From: Halobacteriovoraceae bacterium
GTDB taxonomy: Bacteria; Bdellovibrionota; Bacteriovoracia; Bacteriovoracales; Bacteriovoracaceae
Reading direction: 5' to 3'
NCBI GenBank assembly: GCA_963719505.1
Contig: CAVRCF010000001.1
Coordinates: 1,120,001 to 1,184,000, forward strand
Length of the DNA stretch: 64,000 nt
The notes under the pieces are model-generated. The model worked only from the letters and a program-made list of their open reading frames with translations. It ran no database searches and was not told the origin of the DNA. This document shows positions 29,518 through 39,779 of this stretch, one piece after another. How positions within the stretch are numbered: position 1 is the stretch's first letter; every line of letters begins with the position of its first letter. The translations under genes were made by a program, and so were the position numbers.

Positions 29518-29588
29518 TCTTATCTCCTGGTTTAATCTTTCTTGTAAATGCTGTTAAATCCCATTTAAAGGGCATCTACCTAAATGGT

Positions 29589-29631
29589 TGCATAAATGAT
29601 TCCAAGAAATCTGAACTATAACTGATTGAAA
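29589..29631 (-). promoter_or_regulatory. Sigma54-type promoter plus IHF-like site for the flp/tad operon
   Basis: Minus strand TGGAATCATTTATGCA (GG-N10-GC) at 29589-29604; TAACTGATTGAAA at 29619-29631. Confidence 0.5.
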
Positions 29632-29731
29632 ATTATGAAAACAGGAGTCTTTTAGTGGTGAAATAAATGAACTAGGGTGATTTAATTCATTTACTTGTTG
29701 CTCCTTACATAGGGGCAGTTAAAATAGAAAT

Positions 29732-30409
29732 ATGGATATAGAAGACAAAAGCAAATTATTCGTTTTCGAGAAAAAAGAAGTCATTCTTATTTTCGTTTTT
29801 ATGGTCGTGATAACCATCACTGCTTTTACACTAGGTGTAAGAGTTGGGAAGGGAATTTTTATTGAATCCGTAGGAATTACGAAACCAGATATTCAAAAAA
29901 CAATTGATTTAAAGTCAGTAGAAGAAGAAGGGGCTGACGAAATTGGAACGGGGACAAGTTTAGAAGAATCTCTGAATGAGGGTCCTAAAGAAGATCTAAC
30001 TCAAAAAGTAATTGAAGAAAAATTAAATAGCGAATTTGGCAGTATTGCAAATGACGATGTTCCTGGGCAAGTGCCGGTAGAGTCTCCTTCGATCTCTCCT
30101 GATCCAATGGATACCTTAACTGAGCCAGAAGCTCCTGAAGAGCTCTTTGTTGACGGTGATGCAAACGCAGGTAAGTTTACAATTCAATTAGTTTCCTTGG
30201 AGACACGAGCTGAAGCAGAGAAGTATGCGGAGCCCTTCGTTGCCGCTAGCTATACAGCCGTCATCAATAAAGCAAGTGTTCCTGGAAAAGGAACTTGGTA
30301 CAGAGTGGGTATTGGTCTTTTTGATACTCAAGAGGAAGCGAAGAGCTATCTTGAACAAGAGAAATCTCTCTTTAGAGGAAAGAAATACTTAATAAATCAA
30401 ATTAAATAA
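29732..30409 (+). CDS. SPOR-domain membrane protein (FtsN/DedD-like)
   Basis: N-terminal TM, acidic linker, FTIQL...GKGTWYRVGIGLF SPOR motif. Confidence 0.85.
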   Translation: MDIEDKSKLFVFEKKEVILIFVFMVVITITAFTLGVRVGKGIFIESVGITKPDIQKTIDLKSVEEEGADEIGTGTSLEESLNEGPKEDLTQKVIEEKLNSEFGSIANDDVPGQVPVESPSISPDPMDTLTEPEAPEELFVDGDANAGKFTIQLVSLETRAEAEKYAEPFVAASYTAVINKASVPGKGTWYRVGIGLFDTQEEAKSYLEQEKSLFRGKKYLINQIK

Positions 30410-30453
30410 TCTGGAGAAAGGTCAAGCGTTTTCCAGATCATCCTTCGAATATT

Positions 30454-30488
30454 GGCCCCGATAGTCGTGTGTTGGGGCCTTTTTTTTT
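30454..30488 (+). terminator. Intrinsic terminator
   Basis: GGCCCC...GGGGCC stem followed by a long T-run between convergent genes. Confidence 0.7.
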
Positions 30489-31782
30489 ATTCAGTTGCTC
30501 GTTTATAGACTTTATCAACTTGGGATAGAAATGTGTTTCTCAACATCACTTCGTCCATTTGTTCGATCTTCTTAAAATCTGTTTTTTCAAACTTTCCAGA
30601 GTCTTTTAGAATCTCAAAAAACTCTTCTTTTGTTTTTGCTTCAAAAGATGCTTTTTGAGTTTCAGTATAAATTTCTTCTCTTGAAAGATCATTTTCTTCA
30701 ATAATCTTATGAAGGATAAAACTAGAAATATATTTAAACTGAGAAAATACTTTTGTCTGAATGGTCGTTTTATTAACAACAAGATTCTCGATTGTTGAAT
30801 TCATTCTTTTAAGAGCGTAAAAAAGAAGGCCAAAATTATCGGGTAAAAATATTCTCTCAGCCGAGCTGTGAGAGATATCACGTTCATGCCAAAGTGGTAT
30901 ATTTTCCATCGCAATAAGAACATGTGATCGGATAACGCGTGAAAGACCGGAGATATTTTCGGCTGAGACAGGATTTTTTTTATGAGGCATTATACTAGAA
31001 CCCTTCTGACCCTTAGAGAATCCTTCGAAGACTTCTGCAATGTCTGAGTGATGAAGAAGTCTGATTTCAACAGCAAGCCTCTCTAGTGCCGTTGCAGTAA
31101 GAGCATTAATGGAGACAAGTTTGGCGATTCTATCTCTTGGAATAATTTGAGAAGAAACAGGTTCAACTTTTAATCCAAGACTTTCCATTGCATTTTTTTC
31201 GATTTCACAGTTTAAAACGGTATAATTTCCCACCGCTCCAGAAAGTTGGCCTGTTAGCTCGTTATCATAAAAAGATTGAAGGTCTTCTAAGCGTCTTTTT
31301 AACTCGCTATAGTGAGAGAGAAATTTTTGTCCAAAGCTCATCGGTTCCGCGTTCATGCCATGGCTTCTTCCCATGCAGATAGTATACTTAGAGTCTTCCG
31401 CTTTAACCTTCAAGGTTGCCGTGAGTTTTGTGAGTTGTTTTATGACAAGGCCAGTTGATTTCTTAATTTGTAGTGTAAGTGCGGTGTCAATAATATCAGA
31501 TGAAGTACAACCAAAATGAAAAAACTTTCCTATCTCAGGAGGAAGATTCTCTGTAATCGAGGTACAAAACGCGATCACATCATGCTTGGTTGTTTTTTCA
31601 ATCTCTGCAATTCTTTCAGGATCAATTTTTGCTTTCTCTGATACGACATCAGCTGTTCCTACAGGTATTCTATTGCCTTCAAGTGCTTTAAGCAAAGCAA
31701 TCTCAACCTCCAGGTAGGTCTTAAACTTATTATAGTCAGACCATATGTCGGAGATCTCTGGTGAGTCGTATCGAGATATCAT
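30487..31782 (-). CDS. purB: Adenylosuccinate lyase
   Basis: MISRY, TKHDVIAF, GSSIMPHKKNP, HERDISHSSAER. Confidence 0.95.
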   Translation of the reverse strand: MISRYDSPEISDIWSDYNKFKTYLEVEIALLKALEGNRIPVGTADVVSEKAKIDPERIAEIEKTTKHDVIAFCTSITENLPPEIGKFFHFGCTSSDIIDTALTLQIKKSTGLVIKQLTKLTATLKVKAEDSKYTICMGRSHGMNAEPMSFGQKFLSHYSELKRRLEDLQSFYDNELTGQLSGAVGNYTVLNCEIEKNAMESLGLKVEPVSSQIIPRDRIAKLVSINALTATALERLAVEIRLLHHSDIAEVFEGFSKGQKGSSIMPHKKNPVSAENISGLSRVIRSHVLIAMENIPLWHERDISHSSAERIFLPDNFGLLFYALKRMNSTIENLVVNKTTIQTKVFSQFKYISSFILHKIIEENDLSREEIYTETQKASFEAKTKEEFFEILKDSGKFEKTDFKKIEQMDEVMLRNTFLSQVDKVYKRATE

Positions 31783-31802
31783 TTATTTCCTTTTTTTTAT
31801 TT

Positions 31803-32576
31803 TTAAAAGTAGTAGCCAAAGTCAAAGCCAACTGTTGTCCATCTAAAGACTAAGGAGCGATCTTGTTTTTTCTCGTCATCAGTCGCCTCTCTGACAACGG
31901 AGGCAATATTGTAGCCAATCTTAAAGTTTACAAAGAGTGCTTCGCTCATTCTTCTTTCTATAGAGTATTCAGTCGTTAATCCATAGCCTGCATATTCTTT
32001 TGAGTTGGTTGAGTCTAGGTTCGTAATGTAGTTTCCATAGGCATGAACGTTTTCAAAGACTCGGTCAGAGTCAAACATTTGTGTTAAGGCTTTGAAGCGA
32101 TAACCAAGACCGACACCAATAAGAGTCATGGACTGCTCGTTCGTTCCTCTTCTTAAGAAACCATCGGCATCGGGGTCATCACTTGATTCTAGCTCATCGG
32201 CCAAGGTTGAATAAGCTCCAACAACACTTTGGAGTTGGAAAGCTAGCCATTGATCTTTATAAGAAGGCATCTTTTTCATCAATTGAATATTTAGAACTCT
32301 AAGCTTGGCAAAGTCTTCTAAGCTTAAGGAAGTTTGGTAGCCAATAGACATCTTAAAAGAATCTTTTTTGGTATAATAGGTGTCTGTATAAATGCCGCCT
32401 TCACCTTCGCTGTCTCTGATGAGACTTTCATTGTTAAGGTATATTTCCGGATTCTCTTTTATTTCAGAAGGGCCTAGTCTTTTAAGAGACTCTTGCTTAA
32501 ATAGAAAAGCCGTCTCATTTGCATCGTTTGCAAAAACCAACGGACAAAATAAGGTTAAAAAAATCAAAAATCTCAT
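31803..32576 (-). CDS. Secreted or outer-membrane beta-barrel-like hypothetical protein
   Basis: Signal peptide; C-terminal GFDFGYYF. Confidence 0.6.
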   Translation of the reverse strand: MRFLIFLTLFCPLVFANDANETAFLFKQESLKRLGPSEIKENPEIYLNNESLIRDSEGEGGIYTDTYYTKKDSFKMSIGYQTSLSLEDFAKLRVLNIQLMKKMPSYKDQWLAFQLQSVVGAYSTLADELESSDDPDADGFLRRGTNEQSMTLIGVGLGYRFKALTQMFDSDRVFENVHAYGNYITNLDSTNSKEYAGYGLTTEYSIERRMSEALFVNFKIGYNIASVVREATDDEKKQDRSLVFRWTTVGFDFGYYF

Positions 32577-34030
32577 CGCACCACCAACCCTTCGAATCTT
32601 TCTCCTGGAAAGTCGTCAACGCCCATCAAACGAGCTAGCTGTAGCTTGAAGAATAGATGTTCATATTTAGCGTTTTCAAATTCGATCAAAGAATTTGTCA
32701 TAAGTTCTAAGGTCAGCTTTGTGTCTGCAAAACTTGATTTACTGCCGATATAGTTGTCGAGCGTCTTATCAAAAGTTTTCCGAATGCTTTTGACAAGCGC
32801 AGCACTTGCTTCATACTTCTTTTCTAAAAACCTTATTTTTCTATGGAGTGTATTCACAGAGACTTTAATTTCTCTTTTTGATTCACGGTACTCAATCTCT
32901 GAGATTCTTTTTCTGAGATAGGCTTTTTTATCTCTGTTGGTATTAAATAATCCACCGGCACCAAAGATTGTCCATCTCATATTTATTGAGGCGACAAGTT
33001 CAATGTTTTTATTGCCCGGACTTGTTTCAAAAGTATCTTGAGCTCCAGCATCAGAAAAATTGTGACGTAAAGCCCCAAACCTAACGTCAAACTTTGGTAG
33101 AGGCATGTTTTCTTTTAAGGCTTTTTGGAATGATCTATTAGCGTTATTGAGCCTGGTTTTGGCCGTTAAAAACTCGGGGTTTCTTTCTTGGGCAAACTGA
33201 TAAGATGTACCCGGAAGATTAGTTAGAGTCTTAAATTTTAATTCTTCGATAGGGGTGTAGGTTGTCTCAAGGTCATCTCCCACTGATTTCGCTAGAACTT
33301 GCTCAGCTTCTGTGACGAAGAACAATGAGTTCTGATACTCTTGGTGAGCTTTTAAAAACTCTGATTTTGCCTGAAAAAACTGCTGAGAATTAATTTTTTT
33401 CAAAGAAAGTTTCTCTTTTGCCAGTCTATAAATAAATGAATTTTGTCTGAGTTGATTCCTATTTGCTCTTGCAATCTTTTTAAACCGTATGAGATTGAAG
33501 TAATTGGCGATAATCTCAAAGCGAAGAGCTCTTCTTTGTTCTGTTAAAATCTGTTTTTGTCTTTTGTAGGTTTCTTTATTATTTTGATAGTCGAGGTAGT
33601 CTTTTCCCCAATTAAAAACAGTATAGTTTTCAATCTCTAAGCCCACGTACCCACTTGGAGTCTTGGATGTACCATCGCTATCATCAACGTCACCGTAAAG
33701 ATTATCGACGAGTGTTTCATCTGAATTGATTGTAAGGTTTAGCCTTGGAAACCAGAACTCTTTATAATCGTCGCTCCAATTTATGTCTAGAATTTCGCTT
33801 CTAAAGCGCCGTTCCTGTTGAAGAGCATTTCTTCTTAGGCCCTCTTCCAGGATGTCCTTTAGAGAAATGAGTTTTGATTCATTTTTCAAGTTGGCCGAAG
33901 GTTTTGTCTCGGTGCTTATTTTCTCGATATCTTCTAAATCGGCTTCAATTATATTTTGTGCGTAACCGATTGATGATACGAGAGTCACTAAAGCAACGAG
34001 GTGTAGTCTCCAAGTTGTTTTGAGTCTCAT
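32573..34030 (-). CDS. TolC-family outer membrane protein
   Basis: Signal peptide; OEP repeats (WFPRLNL, ANYFNLI, ERNPEF, LARLMG). Confidence 0.85.
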   Translation of the reverse strand: MRLKTTWRLHLVALVTLVSSIGYAQNIIEADLEDIEKISTETKPSANLKNESKLISLKDILEEGLRRNALQQERRFRSEILDINWSDDYKEFWFPRLNLTINSDETLVDNLYGDVDDSDGTSKTPSGYVGLEIENYTVFNWGKDYLDYQNNKETYKRQKQILTEQRRALRFEIIANYFNLIRFKKIARANRNQLRQNSFIYRLAKEKLSLKKINSQQFFQAKSEFLKAHQEYQNSLFFVTEAEQVLAKSVGDDLETTYTPIEELKFKTLTNLPGTSYQFAQERNPEFLTAKTRLNNANRSFQKALKENMPLPKFDVRFGALRHNFSDAGAQDTFETSPGNKNIELVASINMRWTIFGAGGLFNTNRDKKAYLRKRISEIEYRESKREIKVSVNTLHRKIRFLEKKYEASAALVKSIRKTFDKTLDNYIGSKSSFADTKLTLELMTNSLIEFENAKYEHLFFKLQLARLMGVDDFPGERFEGLVVR

Positions 34031-34095
34031 ATTGTGTGTTTCCCTTATTTGTCTCTAAGGGAAATACTAACATCACCAACAACGGCTCGTAAAAT

Positions 34096-34434
34096 TTATA
34101 ATGAAATTCCTGGGCAGCCTTTTCGAACGATATTCTCTTCCATGGACTTAATTCTAAACTTGGTTAGTCTAAGGTTGTTTTCTAAGGAGATTTTCGTGAT
34201 TTCAAGCTTTTTGCCAACCAATTTTTGATTTACTTTTACATCAGCTAGTAGCTTCTTATTTCTTCTCAATAGTGAGGTTAGCTTTTGTTTCGTTTCAATT
34301 TTCTGGTTTCGTTCTGAAATTAAGGCCTTGCATCTTTTACTAACCGCTGGATCCTTGATGACGTCTCTAATATTGTCTAGATTTGACGCGTATAGACCTA
34401 GGGAAAAAGTAAAAATTATAAATACAGCTTTCAT
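34096..34434 (-). CDS. Small secreted coiled-coil hypothetical protein
   Basis: Signal peptide; two Cys; ends GCPGISL. Confidence 0.6.
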   Translation of the reverse strand: MKAVFIIFTFSLGLYASNLDNIRDVIKDPAVSKRCKALISERNQKIETKQKLTSLLRRNKKLLADVKVNQKLVGKKLEITKISLENNLRLTKFRIKSMEENIVRKGCPGISL

Positions 34435-34550
34435 GGGTATATTTTATCAGATTTTATGAGTTTTTATAGGAGAGGAAATAATGCTTCTTGTTAGACATTT
34501 GAGGTGGAAAAAATGGCCATAAAGTACCGAAATGGGTTAATATTCGCCCT

Positions 34551-35285
34551 ATGTCCAATAGTATAATTTTAATTCCAGCTCGATTTGCCTCCTCTCGTTT
34601 TCCGGGAAAGCCACTGGCGGCGATTAATGGCAAACCAATGATTCAACATGTGATTGAAAACTGTAAAGAGACAGGTTTGGACTATTGTGTGGTGACTGAC
34701 GATCAAAGAATCGAAGACTTTATAAAAAGCATAAATGAGAAAGTTGTTAGAGTCGATGATGATGTGGCTACTGGGTCAGAACGAATCGCTTTGGCTTATG
34801 AGCGTTTTTTTAAAAACAGAAACTATGAACTTGTTGTCAATGTTCAAGGTGATGAACCACTGTTAAAAGCCAAAACAATCCTAGAAGTCACTTCTTCTCA
34901 TTTGGAATCAACGGCAGATATTTTCACAGGATTAAATGAAAGAAGTTCCACTGAACCTGACTTTGATAATCCTAATATTGTTAAATGTATTTTTAATAGA
35001 AAGACCGGTTCGTGTTATTACTTCTCCAGAGCAAAAGTTCCATTTTCACGAGAAAGAGAACCTTATTCATGGTATCAGCATATTGGTATTTATTCCTACC
35101 GGCCACAGGCACTTTTAAAGTTTGTCTCTCTAGATGCTTCTTATCATGAAAATTTAGAAAAATTAGAGCAGCTCAGAGCACTCGATAATAATATGACGAT
35201 TAACGCCAAAATAATAAATGTAAAACTCATCGGTGTCGATGTTGAAGAAGATATTAAAAAAGTTGAGGGAGTTTTCTGTGAGTAA
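34551..35285 (+). CDS. kdsB: 3-deoxy-manno-octulosonate cytidylyltransferase
   Basis: IPARFASSRFPGKPL, VNVQGDEP, HIGIYSY, LEQLRAL. Confidence 0.95.
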   Translation: MSNSIILIPARFASSRFPGKPLAAINGKPMIQHVIENCKETGLDYCVVTDDQRIEDFIKSINEKVVRVDDDVATGSERIALAYERFFKNRNYELVVNVQGDEPLLKAKTILEVTSSHLESTADIFTGLNERSSTEPDFDNPNIVKCIFNRKTGSCYYFSRAKVPFSREREPYSWYQHIGIYSYRPQALLKFVSLDASYHENLEKLEQLRALDNNMTINAKIINVKLIGVDVEEDIKKVEGVFCE

Positions 35286-36900
35286 GAAGTCCAAAAAATA
35301 TATTTTTGTCACAGGCGGAGTTTCTAGTTCTCTGGGAAAAGGTCTTGCTGCTGCTAGTATTGCAAGCCTAGTTGAAAGACGAGGCATCAAGGTCAATATG
35401 TTAAAGATGGATCCCTATATTAACGTAGATCCTGGAACAATGAGCCCCACTCAACACGGAGAAGTTTTTGTCACTGACGATGGTGCTGAAACTGATCTTG
35501 ACCTCGGTCACTACGAGAGATTTACCACTTTGACGTTGAAAAAGAAAAACAACTTCACTTCTGGTCAAGTTTATTTACAAGTCATTGAAAATGAAAGAGA
35601 AGGAAAGTATTTGGGAAAAACCGTTCAGGTTGTTCCGCATATTACAAACGAAATAAAAAGAAGGATTCATTCCGCTGCGGAAGAGTCGGATGTCTTATTG
35701 GCAGAAATCGGTGGAACTGTTGGCGATATAGAATCGGGTCCCTTTATGGAATCGATTAGACAGTTTGCTCACGACGTTGGAAGTGAAAACGTTTTATTTG
35801 TCCACCTTGTGCTAATACCTTACCTACATGCAGCTGGGGAGTTGAAATCAAAACCCGCTCAGCATTCGGTAAAAGAGCTTCGAAGTATTGGGCTTTTCCC
35901 CAATATTATTATTTGTCGGGCCGATAGAGAAGTTGATGCTGATATTTTAGACAAAATCTCACTTTTTTGTAACGTCCCAAGGGCAAATGTTTTCCAATCA
36001 ATAGATCTGGATTCTATTTATAAAGTTCCACTGTCTTTTCATAAACAAGGTTTGGATACAAAGATCGCTGAGCTTCTTGGTATTTGGGCAAGTGAACCTG
36101 ACATCAAAGACATCGTGAAAGTTGTCTATAATATCGATAACCCTAAATCGTCTGTGAAAATTGGTATCGTTGGAAAGTATACCGATTTAACAGAGTCCTA
36201 TAAGTCTTTAGATGAAGCCCTAAGACATGGTGCCATTGCTAATCAGGTCGAATTAGAGATGATTTATATTGATGCTGAAGATATAGAAAAAGGCAAGACA
36301 CAAGAGCTTTTAAGTGTTGACGGTATTCTTGTTCCAGGAGGCTTTGGCCAAAGAGGAACTGAAGGGAAGATTGAAGCGATTCGAATCGCCAGAGAGACTA
36401 AAATTCCTTTTTTTGGAATCTGTCTGGGGATGCAATTGGCCATGATCGAGTATGCGAGAAATATGGCCGGAATAAAAAATGCCACAAGTATGGAGTTTGA
36501 TAAAGGTGGAGAATTCATCATCCACTATATGGAAGGACAGACTAAAGAAGGTAACAAAGGTGGAAGTATGCGCCTTGGGGCTTATGATTGCTCTCTTTCA
36601 AAAGGGAGTCTTGCCCATAAGATTTATAATAGTGAATTGATTTCGGAAAGACACAGACATCGTCTCGAAGTGAATAACGCCTACACTGAAAAACTTACCG
36701 AAAAGGGAATGATTGTCTCGGGTGTAAATGAGAAATTAAATTTGGTAGAAGTCGTTGAGTTGGGAGATCATCCTTTTTTCATAGCGTGCCAGTATCATCC
36801 CGAATTTAAGTCCAGCCCTTTTAAGCCTCACCCTCTTTTTGAGACATTCATAACGGCGAGCTTAAAAAGAAAGGGTGAGCGAGCTGATCACAAAAGTTAA
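35278..36900 (+). CDS. pyrG: CTP synthase
   Basis: KYIFVTGGVSSSLGKG, DGAETDLDLGHYER, GICLGMQ, QYHPEF; start set to GTG 35278. Confidence 0.97.
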   Translation: MSKKSKKYIFVTGGVSSSLGKGLAAASIASLVERRGIKVNMLKMDPYINVDPGTMSPTQHGEVFVTDDGAETDLDLGHYERFTTLTLKKKNNFTSGQVYLQVIENEREGKYLGKTVQVVPHITNEIKRRIHSAAEESDVLLAEIGGTVGDIESGPFMESIRQFAHDVGSENVLFVHLVLIPYLHAAGELKSKPAQHSVKELRSIGLFPNIIICRADREVDADILDKISLFCNVPRANVFQSIDLDSIYKVPLSFHKQGLDTKIAELLGIWASEPDIKDIVKVVYNIDNPKSSVKIGIVGKYTDLTESYKSLDEALRHGAIANQVELEMIYIDAEDIEKGKTQELLSVDGILVPGGFGQRGTEGKIEAIRIARETKIPFFGICLGMQLAMIEYARNMAGIKNATSMEFDKGGEFIIHYMEGQTKEGNKGGSMRLGAYDCSLSKGSLAHKIYNSELISERHRHRLEVNNAYTEKLTEKGMIVSGVNEKLNLVEVVELGDHPFFIACQYHPEFKSSPFKPHPLFETFITASLKRKGERADHKS

Positions 36901-36928
36901 ATATATAATAAAAATTTGAGGAGATAGA

Positions 36929-37732
36929 ATGAAAAAGATGGATTTATTTATTGGGCCTTGTGTCCTCGAGAGTGAAGCTCTCGCGATGCAAGTGTGCGAG
37001 ACAATTTTAAAAGATCTTGAGCCGTTTAAAGATCAACTTAATATCTCCTTTAAGGGAAGTTTCGATAAAGCTAATCGTTCCGCAATAGACTCTTATAGAG
37101 GACCTGGAATTGATGAGGGGCTTAGAATTTTAGAAAAAGTTTCAGATACCTTTAAGATAAAAACAATAACAGACTTTCATTCACCCGCTCAGGCTGACCT
37201 TGTCGCAAGCGTTGTTGATACTCTACAGGTTCCAGCTTTTTTATGTCGTCAAACCGATATGATCCTAGAAGGGGCAAAAGCTTGTAAGAGATATGGAGGA
37301 CAACTGAAAGTTAAAAAAGGTCAGTTTTTATCTCCTGAAGATACAAAAAATATTGTTGAAAAAGCTCTTAACTACTTATCTCTCGATAATATTCTTCTCA
37401 CTGAGAGGGGAACGAGTTTTGGATATAATAATTTAGTTGTCGACATGGCCAGTTTTCAAATCATGAAAAGTTTTGGTGTGAGAACAATTCACGATGCCAC
37501 TCACTGTGTTCAAAGACCGGGGGGATTAGGTAAGTCTACGGGTGGAAAAAGAGAGCAGATTGAAACCCTTGCTAAAGCCGCTATTGCGGCAGGTGCCGAT
37601 GGTATTTTTATGGAAGCTCATCCAAACCCAGAAAAAGCTTTATCAGATGCTACCAGTCAGTTACCACTGACTTCAGTAAAACCGCTAATAGAAAAGCTTT
37701 TAAGAGTAAGACAAGCAGTACAGGAACAATAA
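36929..37732 (+). CDS. kdsA: KDO-8-phosphate synthase
   Basis: GPCVLES, SFDKANRS, QVPAFLCRQTD, ERGTSFGYNNLVVD. Confidence 0.96.
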   Translation: MKKMDLFIGPCVLESEALAMQVCETILKDLEPFKDQLNISFKGSFDKANRSAIDSYRGPGIDEGLRILEKVSDTFKIKTITDFHSPAQADLVASVVDTLQVPAFLCRQTDMILEGAKACKRYGGQLKVKKGQFLSPEDTKNIVEKALNYLSLDNILLTERGTSFGYNNLVVDMASFQIMKSFGVRTIHDATHCVQRPGGLGKSTGGKREQIETLAKAAIAAGADGIFMEAHPNPEKALSDATSQLPLTSVKPLIEKLLRVRQAVQEQ

Positions 37733-37733
37733 A

Positions 37734-38273
37734 ATGAAAAGAGACCTAAGAGCAGAAAGTAAGAAGTATCAAGATAAACTTTCAAAAATAAAGATTGCAC
37801 TTTTTGATGTTGATGGGATTTTAACAGACAGTAAAGTTTATTGGGATGGTGAAGAGAATGGTTTTAATAGATGCTTTAACACCTATGATGGCTACGGACT
37901 CAAAACACTACAAAGAGCAGGCTTGAAAGTTGGAATCATCACCGGAGGAGATAGTCTTGGAGTTAAGAAAAGATTTGAAGGACTCGGTGTTGACTATTTA
38001 AAAATGGGAAAGACAGATAAAAGAGAAGGCTTTGAAGAAATTATGGCCGATTGTGGTTTTGACAAAAGTGAAGCTCTCTACATGGGGGATGAATTTTTTG
38101 ACCTTCCTATTTTAAAGCAAGTTGGTTTTTCAGCAACCGTGCCTCATGCAAGTCATGAAATCCAAGAAGAGGTTGATTATATCTCCCAGCGAGAGGGTGG
38201 CGACGGATGTGTGAGAGAGGTTATCGATATGGTTCGCTATGCTCAAAATATCGTTCCCAAAATAGAATACTAA
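37734..38273 (+). CDS. kdsC: KDO-8-phosphate phosphatase (HAD)
   Basis: FDVDGILTD, DGYG, YMGDEFFD, GGDGCVREV. Confidence 0.92.
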   Translation: MKRDLRAESKKYQDKLSKIKIALFDVDGILTDSKVYWDGEENGFNRCFNTYDGYGLKTLQRAGLKVGIITGGDSLGVKKRFEGLGVDYLKMGKTDKREGFEEIMADCGFDKSEALYMGDEFFDLPILKQVGFSATVPHASHEIQEEVDYISQREGGDGCVREVIDMVRYAQNIVPKIEY

Positions 38274-38878
38274 TGAAAGATTTTAAAATCGGAAAAAGAT
38301 TATACCGGTCAACAGCACTTCTTGAATTTAAAGCTATCTTTCTTTTGATAGCGACATGGGTTCTTGTTAACCTTTATTTTAAAACATATTCCGACCCAGA
38401 CTTCATTGCTAAAGGTTATGACTCATTTGAGGATGTTATTGAGTTTCATTCAATTTATCCGGCACAAGCACTGGGTTTTTTTATTGGGACACTTATCCCG
38501 ACTCTTTATTATTCTTTTTTCAGGGGGATTGTTTTCTTTGAAAAAGGAATGGTTATAAATCGTGGAATTCCATTTTTTAACCAAAGTTTAAAGTACTGCG
38601 ATATTGATTCATTTCGAATTGTTCATCCAAGGTTTCTAATTTCAATTAAAAGAAAAGAAACTGAAGAAGAGACACTTTTTACTATTAGAGATTTAGATAG
38701 GGTTGTCGCTATTTTTGATCAGCATGGAATTGAAGCTGATCTAGGAGCTGCACCTGACGAAGCCAAAAAAACGGTTAGTCGAAAGCTTATTTGGGGATTT
38801 ATTATTTTTGGGACTGTCGTAAGTATATTACAATACACGGGAATCATGATTGAAATAAATCGCTATTTATTTAGATAA
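38273..38878 (+). CDS. Hypothetical membrane protein
   Basis: TAATG overlap with kdsC; about three TM segments. Confidence 0.6.
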   Translation: MKDFKIGKRLYRSTALLEFKAIFLLIATWVLVNLYFKTYSDPDFIAKGYDSFEDVIEFHSIYPAQALGFFIGTLIPTLYYSFFRGIVFFEKGMVINRGIPFFNQSLKYCDIDSFRIVHPRFLISIKRKETEEETLFTIRDLDRVVAIFDQHGIEADLGAAPDEAKKTVSRKLIWGFIIFGTVVSILQYTGIMIEINRYLFR

Positions 38879-39779
38879 AATAGTGGTCGACCGTCTTGGC
38901 CTTATCGAGACGGTTTAATAAGCCTTTAAAATTCTCATTGTCTTTAAAACTTTCATTTAAAACAATTGTAATTGAATTTGTTTGTTCTCGATCCATCTCA
39001 CGAAGTTTTGAGTATAATTCTCGTGATGCCAAAGTTGGATCATCTGGTACAATCCAAGTCGATATGCTGGGGTCTCTAGAGAGGGACCTTTTCTCTAATG
39101 TAATAGGTTTCTTTGGCATGTAATGGTGCTTGAGTGCTCCAGGGGAAACTGGGCTCTCTCCTTCTTTTACACACAAATCAATATTTGCATCCTTGAGCGC
39201 TTTTTCTAGTTCACTTTTTGTGACAGCTCCTGGTCGATAAATTTGAATCCGATCGGGCAATACACCTATGACTGTTGATTCAATACCAACACTGCAAGGC
39301 CCGTCATCTAGAATGTACACACTTTCACCAAATTCATCTTTAACATGAGAGGCTTTCGTCGGTGAAATTTTCGTGAATTTATTTGCTGACGGCGCGGCTA
39401 GTGGAGTTTTTGTTTTTGCAATCAATTCTAGAGTGACTTTATTATTTGGGCATCTTAAGCCAACATCTGGGAGGCCACTTGTAATAAGATCATTAATCTT
39501 TTCATTTTTTGGTATGACCAAAGTTAGAGGGCCTGGCCAAAATTTAGTGGCAAGAACGTCACAAGTTTTGTCCCAACGAGTTGTAAGACTTCTGGCCATT
39601 TCAATAGAGGAGACATGAACGATAAGGGGATCAAAAAATGGTCTTTCTTTAGTTTTAAAGATTTTTCTTATAGCGACTTCACTGTAGATTGATCCCGCTA
39701 GACCGTAAACTGTTTCTGTTGGAATGGCGACCAGTTCTTCTTGCTTTATTAATTGGCAGGCTTTTTCTAATTCATTCAT
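38871..39779 (-). CDS. sua5: Threonylcarbamoyl-AMP synthase (Sua5/TsaC)
   Basis: PTETVYGL, DPLIVH, WPGPLT, APSAN, GIESTV, SPG..KHHY. Confidence 0.92.
   Translation of the reverse strand: MNELEKACQLIKQEELVAIPTETVYGLAGSIYSEVAIRKIFKTKERPFFDPLIVHVSSIEMARSLTTRWDKTCDVLATKFWPGPLTLVIPKNEKINDLITSGLPDVGLRCPNNKVTLELIAKTKTPLAAPSANKFTKISPTKASHVKDEFGESVYILDDGPCSVGIESTVIGVLPDRIQIYRPGAVTKSELEKALKDANIDLCVKEGESPVSPGALKHHYMPKKPITLEKRSLSRDPSISTWIVPDDPTLASRELYSKLREMDREQTNSITIVLNESFKDNENFKGLLNRLDKAKTVDHYFI

Noticed and set aside
32436-32445. AAGGTATATT partial match to the element motif in host DNA
   Set aside because: Inside a coding region, antisense to it and not the full 12-mer; probably chance
34551-38273. 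pyrG embedded in the kds genes as a novel arrangement
   Set aside because: kdsB-pyrG-kdsA linkage is a common conserved gene order
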